A stretch of DNA of 64,000 bases, from the NCBI GenBank assembly GCA_002787235.1, contig PCWG01000023.1, positions 3,130 through 67,129 of the forward strand. The letters are read 5' to 3'. This DNA comes from Nitrospinae bacterium CG11_big_fil_rev_8_21_14_0_20_45_15 (GTDB taxonomy: Bacteria > Nitrospinota > Nitrospinia > Nitrospinales > VA-1). Under the pieces are notes generated by a model. That model was not told where the DNA came from and searched no databases. It saw only the letters and a program-made list of their open reading frames with translations. The position numbers and the translations under genes were made by a program. This document shows positions 19,592 to 27,596 of this stretch, piece by piece. Positions within the stretch are counted from its first letter, which is position 1, and each line of letters opens with the position of its first letter.

Positions 19592-19625
19592 CCCATTCCT
19601 CCAGACTTATTGCTGGAATTTTTTA

Positions 19626-19698
19626 GGGCGGATAGCTCAGCTGGAAGAGCACCGGCCTTACAAGCCGGGGGTCACAGGTTCGAGCCCTGTTCCGCCCA
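19626..19698 (+). tRNA. tRNA-Val (anticodon UAC)
   Basis: Cloverleaf read by eye: acceptor GGGCGGA/TCCGCCC, anticodon arm CCGGC-CTTACAA-GCCGG, T-loop GGTTCGAGCC. CCA is not encoded. Confidence 0.93.
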
Positions 19699-19827
19699 TT
19701 CAAGTTAGGAAGTGGCAGGGATAAGATTCGATTAGACTTCGGGACGTTTGTTTCCAAGCTAAAGAGCTCGTCCCGTTCGTATGAAGCCAGAGTATTGGTG
19801 AGGAACACTTTGAAAATTAAAAATTGC

Positions 19828-19904
19828 GGGGTCGTAGTTCAGTTGGTTAGAACGCTGGCCTGTCACGCCAGAGGTCGCGAGTTCGAGTCTCGTCGGCCCC
19901 GCCA
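19828..19904 (+). tRNA. tRNA-Asp (anticodon GUC)
   Basis: Acceptor GGGGTCG/CGGCCCC, anticodon arm CTGGC-CTGTCAC-GCCAG, T-loop TTCGAGT, encoded CCA. Confidence 0.93.
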
Positions 19905-19918
19905 TTTATTAAATTAAA

Positions 19919-19950
19919 GACTTGCAGTTATACTGCAGGTCTTTTTTTTT
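19919..19950 (+). terminator. Rho-independent terminator after tRNA-Asp
   Basis: GACTTGCAG / CTGCAGGTC stem, 5-nt loop, T9 run. Confidence 0.8.
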
Positions 19951-20083
19951 GCAAAAATTCCCAATGTCATCAGCGAGTTGGCGTGTTTGAAATAAGTGGT
20001 TTTATAAGCCTTTTTCTCAAAGGTGGCTGTCGTGTCAAAAACATGCGACTGTGTTTGATTTTTTTTTGTTTGAGCAATAGCAC

Positions 20084-20111
20084 TTGACCTCAGTTTGGTT
20101 TGCTGTAAAAT
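20084..20111 (+). promoter_or_regulatory. Candidate sigma-70 promoter of the cytochrome/porin operon
   Basis: TTGACC (20084-20089), 16-nt spacer, TAAAAT (20106-20111), about 100 nt upstream of the first cytochrome gene. Confidence 0.4.
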
Positions 20112-20212
20112 AACGTCATTTTTAACTATTAGTACAAGCTTTTGACGATGTTTTTGAAGTCCTTTAGGTCAAAAGTAAAACCGGTCATTAAGGATTGAAA
20201 CAGGATACAGAA

Positions 20213-22105
20213 ATGAATCGATGGCTTAACTTCTCCAGCTTCAGCGTCCCCTTTCGAAAATGTTTGTTTGCGGTGCCAATTGTAAGTCTGCTTATGGTCA
20301 CTTATTCCAGTCAATCGGTGAGTGCTATGGACGAAAAGCCTGCAGCGATGGCAAAAGAAGAATCTTCAGACGGGAAGATGATGTCTGAAGAGGAAGCGAA
20401 AGAAGGTGCTGATGCTGAAGGTGAAACAGATATTGCCTTGCAGGCGGCGGCAGAGCATGAGGCTTTGTTTGCTGAGAGTAGCTATCCTTCTGCGGCTACT
20501 TGTGGGACCTGTCATCCCAAGCACTATCAGGAGTGGGCGGTGTCTTCTCACTCGTACGCCCAATTGAGCCCTGTTTATTTGTCTCTCAGTAGTGAGATCA
20601 ATGAATTGAGCAGTGGCACGAACGGTGACTTTTGCTTGCGTTGTCACAGTCCTATCGGAGCTAATCTGGGTGAGTCTCCTTTCATGTCGAACCTGGATCG
20701 ACATCCTACCTCACGCGAAGGCATTACTTGTGTCGTGTGTCACCGGTTGAACAAAAATTACAATAAGCGAAGCGGTCGGCTTGCTTTGGTGAAGGGTGAT
20801 CTTCTTCAGCCTGTTTTTGGGCCCAAGGGTAATGAAGAGCTGGCGCGCGTGTTAAAGGATGATAAGTTTCGTGTTGTGACCGAGAAAGGGAAGCCTGGCA
20901 GAAAGATTCATACCGAAATTAAAAAATTCCCGTCCTTGTCAGACCCGATATTTTGTGCAACTTGTCACGACGTTACTTTGTTGAACGGGTTCCGTTTAGA
21001 GGAAGCTTTCAGTGAATATCGGCTTTCCCCGGCGGCAAAAAATGGAGTGTCCTGTCAAGACTGTCATATGGGTAAGGTTCAGGGGGTTGCTTCTGGCTAT
21101 GATGAGGGGCCTGGGGCAGTTGTTGGCGGCAGGGAGACCGCGGTAAGAAAAATTACCAGTCATTTTTTTGCAGGACCCGACTACTCTGTTATTCATCCCG
21201 GTATTTTCCCTCATAATGCAGAAGCGCAGGAAATGGCTACGATGAGAGAATGGCTCCAGTTTGATCATAAGGCGGGTTGGGGAACAGATGAGTTTGAGGA
21301 TAATGTTCCTGAGGGAACCAAGTTTCCTGAAAAATGGAATTCGATTGACGATAGATATGACGCCCGCGAAATTCTCAAGGTTCAGTTTGAGCGATTGGCT
21401 TATGCCCGAAAGATGCGTCTGGAAGTCTTGCGTAACGGTTACTCGCTTGACGAGGTGGTGGTCGAAGAGGTGGGGCAAGATGGTATAGAGTTTAAAGTCC
21501 GGGTTTCCAATAAGACGGATGGTCATAACGTGCCCACAGGGTTTACGGGTGAGCGTTTGGTCTGGTTGCATGTAACGGTTAGAGATGCCAAGGGTGAGCT
21601 TGTGTTTGAGTCGGGTGACCTTGATCCCAATGGCGACGTTCGAGATCATGAATCCTCTTATGTTCATACAGGTACCCTGCCGTTGGATGAGCAATTGTTT
21701 GATATCCGATCCCGGTTTTTAGTTCAAAACCTTCGTGGCGGCGAGAGGGAGAGAATTATTCCCATTCCCTACCCTGTTACAACCATTCCCTTTGTTCGCC
21801 CCTCAATTCAGTCTTTGATTTTGACAGGTGAGCCTGGGACGGAGCGAAACCATCGTAGGGGTATCGAGCCGTTGGGTCATCGTTGGGCGGAATATGAAGT
21901 CGAAGCAGAGGAGTTGGTGGGGCATGAAGGGCCTTATAAATTGCGCGTTGAGTTTAAGGCTTCCATGGCACCGGCTAACCTGGTTGGAGCGATCCAGAAG
22001 CGTGGATTTGATTATGCGATGAGTGCCCGCGAGGTGGTCGATGGCGTGGCTGCGGGGCATGAAGTTTTGTGGGAAAAAGAGCTCGAGCTTGGTAATTCAA
22101 AATAA
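20213..22105 (+). CDS. Secreted pentahaem c-type cytochrome with a large haem-free C-terminal domain
   Basis: Five CxxCH (CGTCH, CLRCH, CVVCH, CATCH, CQDCH) in the first ~300 aa. Signal peptide ...VSLLMVTYSSQSVSA. The C-terminal ~330 aa carry no haem motifs (contains DGHNVPTGFTGER). The start is ATG 20213 or 20195. Confidence 0.85.
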   Translation: MNRWLNFSSFSVPFRKCLFAVPIVSLLMVTYSSQSVSAMDEKPAAMAKEESSDGKMMSEEEAKEGADAEGETDIALQAAAEHEALFAESSYPSAATCGTCHPKHYQEWAVSSHSYAQLSPVYLSLSSEINELSSGTNGDFCLRCHSPIGANLGESPFMSNLDRHPTSREGITCVVCHRLNKNYNKRSGRLALVKGDLLQPVFGPKGNEELARVLKDDKFRVVTEKGKPGRKIHTEIKKFPSLSDPIFCATCHDVTLLNGFRLEEAFSEYRLSPAAKNGVSCQDCHMGKVQGVASGYDEGPGAVVGGRETAVRKITSHFFAGPDYSVIHPGIFPHNAEAQEMATMREWLQFDHKAGWGTDEFEDNVPEGTKFPEKWNSIDDRYDAREILKVQFERLAYARKMRLEVLRNGYSLDEVVVEEVGQDGIEFKVRVSNKTDGHNVPTGFTGERLVWLHVTVRDAKGELVFESGDLDPNGDVRDHESSYVHTGTLPLDEQLFDIRSRFLVQNLRGGERERIIPIPYPVTTIPFVRPSIQSLILTGEPGTERNHRRGIEPLGHRWAEYEVEAEELVGHEGPYKLRVEFKASMAPANLVGAIQKRGFDYAMSAREVVDGVAAGHEVLWEKELELGNSK

Positions 22106-22173
22106 TGCAGATAGGGTTGGCGTTACGTTGCCTCTGTGGAAGATTTTTTACTAATTGTCATTGGAGAAAGTGG

Positions 22174-23613
22174 ATGTCGGTAAGCAAACGTTTTGGAAAC
22201 CGATCTGGATCATTGGGTGGAATTTGTCAGCTGATTTTTGCAGGAATTTTCTTTTTCGCGACCGCTGTACCGGCATTTGCTGAAGGATTGTATCCTCTGG
22301 GTGATGTAGAGGGTATTCCCCGATTTTCCGATGAGCATATTCAGCTACGTCCTCCTTCTGACACGGGGACGCGCCCTCCTTTGATTGTGGAAAAGGGAGA
22401 TCTTTTTTTAGGTGTGGGCAATCTTGATGAAGGTTTCACCACTCCGTGGGGTGCTGTATGGCAACCTCAATTGTGGGTTTTTGGGACCATGCGAAGTTCT
22501 CTGCAAATGTTTGATAACGGTGTTGCGAGCACTGCTTCCGAATGGCGTAACCGGTTTGATCTGTATGCTAACCTGCAATTGACCGGTACTGAGAAAATTC
22601 TTATCGGTGTTCGGCCTCTTGATGTCAATCGACCGGATGGTTTTTCGGGTGTTTCACTCAACGACAGTCGGGATGGCGGAGGGACAGAAAACTTCAACAT
22701 GGCTATCCGAACCTTGTTTTTTGAGGGCGATTTTGGAAGTCTTTTCCCCGGGTTGGATTCGGGTGGATATAAGTGGACGGATTACGGATTTGCGGTGGGT
22801 CGCCAGTTGTTGCAATTCCAGGAAGGTATTTTGTTGAACGATGAGGTGGATGCCTTGGGTCTGGTGCGTAATAACATTCGATTGCCTGGGGTCTCAAACC
22901 TGCGAAGTTCTTTTGTCTGGGGCTGGAATGAGTTGGGCAGAAGTAATGCCCGGGTCAACGATGCGGCGCATATGTTTGGTTTTTTTAACTCAGCCGATTT
23001 GTATAAAAGTTCTGTGAATTTAGACTTGATTGTAGTTGCTGATAGCCAGAAGGATGGGGATGGTGTTTATGTGGGTGCTTCTACCATTCAACGTATTGGG
23101 CATTACAATACGACATTCCGTATCAACAGCTCGATTGCCGAGGGCAAGGATAACGCAAAGGTAGGCACTGGAGTGCTGTTGTCCTCAGAAGTTTCGTGGA
23201 CTCCGAAATCTTCAGATGATATTGTTTATATCAATACCTTTGTTGCTTCCGGGGATTTTACTCAGGCGGGCAGAGAGCCTGTCGTTGGCGGACCTCTCGG
23301 TGCATTGGGAATTATGTTTGCTTCTCCAAGTTTGGGTAATTTTGGATCAGAATTGAGCAGTGCTGCCAGTGATGTCGCGGGTTTCGCGGTTGGTTATGAA
23401 GCTTTCTGGATGAATCACAGAAGAAGTCTGACGATGGAAATTGCGGGACGTAAAGATACAGGTGGTGGCGGGTTTGATGACATGGCTGTCGGTTTTGAGT
23501 ATCGACATCGCTTGGCGCAGAGAATTCAGTGGCAGTTTGATGCTCACTATTCGTTGCAGGAGCGACGTACGGATGGCTTTGGTCTGAGATCTGAAATCGC
23601 ATACCAGTTTTAA
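22174..23613 (+). CDS. Outer-membrane beta-barrel (porin-like) protein
   Basis: Signal peptide MSVSKRFGNRSGSLGGICQLIFAGIFFFATAVPAFA from ATG 22174 (GGAG upstream). Alternating hydrophobic/polar strands, G/S/N-rich loops, and a C-terminal ...RSEIAYQF with terminal Phe typical of BAM substrates. Confidence 0.65.
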   Translation: MSVSKRFGNRSGSLGGICQLIFAGIFFFATAVPAFAEGLYPLGDVEGIPRFSDEHIQLRPPSDTGTRPPLIVEKGDLFLGVGNLDEGFTTPWGAVWQPQLWVFGTMRSSLQMFDNGVASTASEWRNRFDLYANLQLTGTEKILIGVRPLDVNRPDGFSGVSLNDSRDGGGTENFNMAIRTLFFEGDFGSLFPGLDSGGYKWTDYGFAVGRQLLQFQEGILLNDEVDALGLVRNNIRLPGVSNLRSSFVWGWNELGRSNARVNDAAHMFGFFNSADLYKSSVNLDLIVVADSQKDGDGVYVGASTIQRIGHYNTTFRINSSIAEGKDNAKVGTGVLLSSEVSWTPKSSDDIVYINTFVASGDFTQAGREPVVGGPLGALGIMFASPSLGNFGSELSSAASDVAGFAVGYEAFWMNHRRSLTMEIAGRKDTGGGGFDDMAVGFEYRHRLAQRIQWQFDAHYSLQERRTDGFGLRSEIAYQF

Positions 23614-23807
23614 TTTGGACGCATTGTTTTTCAGAATTTCTTGTTTGTCGGTTTGAGGTGTAAGTTTTCAAGAGCGGGAGACAGGCATTTGAAAATCCCT
23701 CTTCTTCTTACTAATAAAGAGAAGAGTGCGTTGTAGTAAAAGTCAAAGGCTCGACGGTGTCGTCGAACTTCATGCGAGGGCGATTTTTTTCATGTAGAGG
23801 GGATATT

Positions 23808-24779
23808 ATGAAACAGAGAAGTTTGTTTTTAAAATTGCTTTTCCTGAATTTTCTATTACTGGCTGGCATTATCGGCTTATCAGGTTGGGTTGCATCTGCC
23901 GATGCGAATCCATTTAACAAGGGAGCCAAGTTATGCGAAGAGTGTCACGAGGCTGAATTTAAAATTTGGAAAAATACCAAACATTTTGAATCTTTTCGAA
24001 CTGTCCATCGCGAGCCGAAGGATAAAAGCAAACCTTCACCCAAAAAGATTCTGGAAGCGGTGGAAGGTGAGAAAAGAATGAAGAGAAACAAAGCATGTTC
24101 TCTTTGTCATTATACCCTTGAGCAAAAAGACGCAGATGACAAGCCCGATGCGGGGTCAGGCACTTCCTGTGAAAGCTGTCATGGTCCATCCTCTGAATGG
24201 TTGGAAATTCACGATAATTACGGTGGAAAAGATGTGAAGCGAGATCAGGAGTCTGCGGATCATAAGGTTAAGAGAATTGCTGACTCCAAGGCAAAGGGGT
24301 TGATCTGGCCTTCCATGAAGTACGAAGTGGCTGAAAATTGCATGGTTTGTCATGGTTTGGCGCATCCTGAATTGACTGCGGATGAGTTGGCCAAGATGTT
24401 GGGTGCTGGTCATCCGATCAATCCAGACTTTGAATTGGTCAAGTATTCTCAAGGTTCCGTGCGGCATCGATACTATCCACCTAACATTAAAGAAAATGCG
24501 GAAATGACTCCAGCAGAGTTGTCGCGCGAGTACGTTGTTGGTCAGGCCGCAGCTTTGGTTTCTGCAACAAATGCCATGTCTAAGTCAGAAGATCCGAAAT
24601 ACAAGGCGGCCCAGGAACAACGAGTCGCTAACGCAAAGGCAGGATTGAGTGGTGTGCCGGAGGCAGCAGGTCTGCTGGCGGCACCAACTCGTGAAAATGC
24701 ACTCAAGTTTGCGGCTGATATCGCGGGTAAGGATCTTTCGGGTGTTGTTAAGTTGCCTGCAAAATCTGATTACAAGTAA
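23808..24779 (+). CDS. Secreted tetrahaem c-type cytochrome
   Basis: Signal peptide MKQRSLFLKLLFLNFLLLAGIIGLSGWVASADA. Four CxxCH (CEECH, CSLCH, CESCH, CMVCH). GAGG lies 8 nt upstream of ATG 23808. Confidence 0.85.
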   Translation: MKQRSLFLKLLFLNFLLLAGIIGLSGWVASADANPFNKGAKLCEECHEAEFKIWKNTKHFESFRTVHREPKDKSKPSPKKILEAVEGEKRMKRNKACSLCHYTLEQKDADDKPDAGSGTSCESCHGPSSEWLEIHDNYGGKDVKRDQESADHKVKRIADSKAKGLIWPSMKYEVAENCMVCHGLAHPELTADELAKMLGAGHPINPDFELVKYSQGSVRHRYYPPNIKENAEMTPAELSREYVVGQAAALVSATNAMSKSEDPKYKAAQEQRVANAKAGLSGVPEAAGLLAAPTRENALKFAADIAGKDLSGVVKLPAKSDYK

Positions 24780-24923
24780 GTCGAATGTTAGCGTGGAAAA
24801 CTTTTTTATGTGCTGCTAAAGGCGAGTGCATTTAAAGGCAATAATGAATTTCTGAAATGCTCGCGTTTGAACTTGTGAATATATATTTACGTTGATATAG
24901 CGTTATTTAATGTATGATTTAAA

Positions 24924-24965
24924 AGAAAGCCCTCCTGATAAGGAGGGCTTTCTTCCTCTTTTTTG
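24924..24965 (+). terminator. Rho-independent terminator
   Basis: Perfect 13-bp stem AGAAAGCCCTCCT / AGGAGGGCTTTCT, GATA loop, T-rich tail. Confidence 0.85.
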
Positions 24966-25103
24966 AAAAGATGTGCGTGCTTCTTGATTTGCGATAAGTG
25001 AGCCCGGATATGAGATTGCATGGAGGAGAAGTTCCGAATCATTTGCAGGATGTCTTTGTTCTTGATGAACTTGGATATACTTTAAGAAAGGCTTGATGTA
25101 AAA

Positions 25104-26786
25104 ATGGCCACACTTTCCCGCCTAAAACGTTGGGATACTCCCTTCAGCCCGGATATGACAGATGAGGAGGTTCAACGTCTTCTCGAAGTTAAAGAAATAG
25201 CCGAAATAGACCGCGATAAATTCCCCGTCAGTACCCCCCTTGAAGGAATTCTTAAAAACGATGCTCGCACGGTGCGTTATGAAGCGGGTGATATTGTTAT
25301 ACGTGAAGGGGACTATGGTAATTCTGCATTTTTAATTCTGAGCGGAGATTTGCGTGTGGTTCTTTCCCCGGGTCTGCCTGATGAGATGCTGGGACGTAAA
25401 AAAATTCGCAAGAAAAGCTTTTTTGAAGCACTGTCTCAGCTCTGGAAAAAAAGTATTATTCCTGAAGTCCGTGATACGGAGCGCTACAAGGATCGTTCTT
25501 TACGAAAAACGAGCGATTCTGGAGTGGCTCAAGTGTTTCTGCAGGATGTTCCCGCCGTGCTGGATTCGAATAAAACGGCAGTTCTGCATCCCGGTGCATT
25601 GTTTGGGGAGCTTGCGGCATTGGGCAGATTGCCTCGAACTTCATCGGTATTTGCTGAAACTGCGGCGACGGTTTTGGAGATTCGTTGGCAGGGATTGCGG
25701 GAGTTGAGGAAATTTGATGAAGGCTGGCGGAGTGCAATTGATAAACGCTACAGAGAAAATGCGTTGAATGCCTATTTGAGTGCCACTGAGCTTTTTTCTC
25801 ATCTGGACGATACTAAGTTGCAAGCCGTGGCCGATAGTGCCCTGTTTGAGACTCATGGAAAGTTTGACTGGCATGTGACCTACAATCAAATGAAGGATAT
25901 GGACAACGCCAGCGTCATTAAGGAAGAACCCGTGATTGCTCGCGAAGGTGACTACCCGGATGGGTTGTTGATGATCCGCGCTGGCTTCGCCCGTGTCTCC
26001 GTGCAAAAGGGGAACGGACGTCAAACTTTGACGTATTTAAAAGCCGGGGATTATTACGGTGACGATGAACTTTACAGAGCCTGGAAGGGTGAAAATAATG
26101 TCACGCTCAAGGTGACTATCACCGCCCTGGGTTACGTGGACGTGTTGCGTGTTCCGTCATTTTCTATAGAAGAACACTTATTTGCTCATTGGGAAGATAA
26201 AAACAAAACCGATTTCGAGCCATCGAAAGCGAATCTTTTTGATCAGACTCTTGCCGATGGTGCTTTGCGCGAGTGGGCGGTTCAGGAGCGATTTATCAAC
26301 GGAACCCAAACGATGATGATCGATTTGGATCGTTGTGTTCGCTGTGATGATTGTGTTCGTGCCTGCTCCGACACGCATCAGGGGAATCCCCGTTTCATTC
26401 GTCATGGAAAAACATTCGATCACTGGATGGTTGCCAACGCATGTATGCATTGTGCCGATCCTGTATGTATGATCGGTTGTCCTACGGGTGCGATCCATCG
26501 CGATTTGTCGGGTGGAATGGTTATCATCAACGACGACACATGCATTGGTTGCGAAACCTGCGCCAACTCTTGTCCCTATTCGAACATCAGGATGGCTGAA
26601 ATCCGGGATGTTGATGGCCGCCCTGTTGTGGACCCGGAAAATCAGAAACCCATTATTAAAGCGACGAAATGTGATTTGTGTGCAGGGCAGAGAACCGGAC
26701 CTGCCTGTGTGTTTGCCTGCCCGCAAGCGGCTGTTAAGCGCGTGGATTTTCGAGAGGCATTTTCAGGTGCCTTTGAGGAGAGTTAA
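25104..26786 (+). CDS. Cytoplasmic cyclic-nucleotide-binding (2 domains) / 4x[4Fe-4S] ferredoxin (DmsB/NrfC/HybA-like) fusion protein
   Basis: cNMP phosphate-binding cassette FGELAALGRLPRTSSVFA at aa 167-184. The second CAP-like domain lacks the cassette. Four cluster motifs: CVRCDDCVRAC, CMHCADPVCMIGCP, CIGCETCANSCP and CDLCAGQRTGPACVFACP. No signal or Tat peptide. Confidence 0.85.
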   Translation: MATLSRLKRWDTPFSPDMTDEEVQRLLEVKEIAEIDRDKFPVSTPLEGILKNDARTVRYEAGDIVIREGDYGNSAFLILSGDLRVVLSPGLPDEMLGRKKIRKKSFFEALSQLWKKSIIPEVRDTERYKDRSLRKTSDSGVAQVFLQDVPAVLDSNKTAVLHPGALFGELAALGRLPRTSSVFAETAATVLEIRWQGLRELRKFDEGWRSAIDKRYRENALNAYLSATELFSHLDDTKLQAVADSALFETHGKFDWHVTYNQMKDMDNASVIKEEPVIAREGDYPDGLLMIRAGFARVSVQKGNGRQTLTYLKAGDYYGDDELYRAWKGENNVTLKVTITALGYVDVLRVPSFSIEEHLFAHWEDKNKTDFEPSKANLFDQTLADGALREWAVQERFINGTQTMMIDLDRCVRCDDCVRACSDTHQGNPRFIRHGKTFDHWMVANACMHCADPVCMIGCPTGAIHRDLSGGMVIINDDTCIGCETCANSCPYSNIRMAEIRDVDGRPVVDPENQKPIIKATKCDLCAGQRTGPACVFACPQAAVKRVDFREAFSGAFEES

Positions 26787-26792
26787 CAGGCT

Positions 26793-27596
26793 ATGATTCG
26801 ACTTTGGATATATATCCTGCTGGCGGTTCTGTTTTTTGTGTTTATTGGATTCTGGACGAGGCAGGCCGAAAAGTTCCTTGCCGAACCAATCCTGATATCA
26901 GGTTGGGCTTTGTTTGCTTCTGTCGCATTTCTTGCGTTGTTTTCCGTACGCAAACGCTTACCCTTTTTATCGTTGGCACCTGCTTCGCGCTGGTTTATGT
27001 TGCACACAATTGGGGGATTTTTAGCATTATCCTTATTTTGGCTTCACATGGGATCATTGTGGCCCAAGGGTTTGGGTGACGAAATCATGGCCGGATTATT
27101 TTATGGAGTCACAGTTTCGGGGATCATCGGTCTGTTTCTTGAAAAGTTGTACCCGCATTATTTGACCCGCAGTGGAGTCGAGTGTATTTACGAACGCATT
27201 CCCAATGAAATTGCAGAGATCCGGAGTATGGCGGAGGATGTCGTGCTGGAATGTGCGCGTGAAACCGGGAGCGATACTTTAGGACAACATTATCTGGAAA
27301 CGTTGCATTGGTTTTTCCAAAGGCCGCGTTTTTTTGTAAATCATGCGTTTATTGGTCAAAGTGCCCAACATTGGGTGCGTCATCAATGCCAGATTCTTGA
27401 ACGCTATCTGGATGAGAAAGAACGCGGGTACCTGAAACAAATTTTTGCTTTGGCGGATTATAAACGAAAAGTCGATTTTCATTATACCGCGCAAAGTATT
27501 TTGAAAGGCTGGCTCCTTATTCATTTGCCTATTTCTATTGGAGTGGTGGCGTTGACATTCTGGCATATTGTCATCGTTCACGTTTATTACATATAA
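26793..27596 (+). CDS. 5-TM membrane protein, candidate di-haem b-type cytochrome
   Basis: 267 aa with five hydrophobic helices. H71/H85 in TM3 and H244/H258 in TM5 are each 14 residues apart. A ~115-aa basic loop lies between TM4 and TM5. The stop overlaps the next ATG. Confidence 0.6.
   Translation: MIRLWIYILLAVLFFVFIGFWTRQAEKFLAEPILISGWALFASVAFLALFSVRKRLPFLSLAPASRWFMLHTIGGFLALSLFWLHMGSLWPKGLGDEIMAGLFYGVTVSGIIGLFLEKLYPHYLTRSGVECIYERIPNEIAEIRSMAEDVVLECARETGSDTLGQHYLETLHWFFQRPRFFVNHAFIGQSAQHWVRHQCQILERYLDEKERGYLKQIFALADYKRKVDFHYTAQSILKGWLLIHLPISIGVVALTFWHIVIVHVYYI

Noticed and set aside
19623-19808. A 61-aa minus-strand ORF. A similar case is the 67-aa ORF at 40523-40726.
   Set aside because: Both overlap well-formed tRNA genes (Val and Gln) and read through tRNA sequence (e.g. 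...TCDPRLVRPVLFQLSYPP). They are spurious.
20213-22105. Identification of the pentahaem protein as NrfA nitrite reductase or an HAO-family enzyme.
   Set aside because: It has no CxxCK active-site haem motif. The haem count (5) and the 330-aa haem-free C-terminal domain do not fit NrfA or octahaem HAO. I kept it as a generic multihaem cytochrome.
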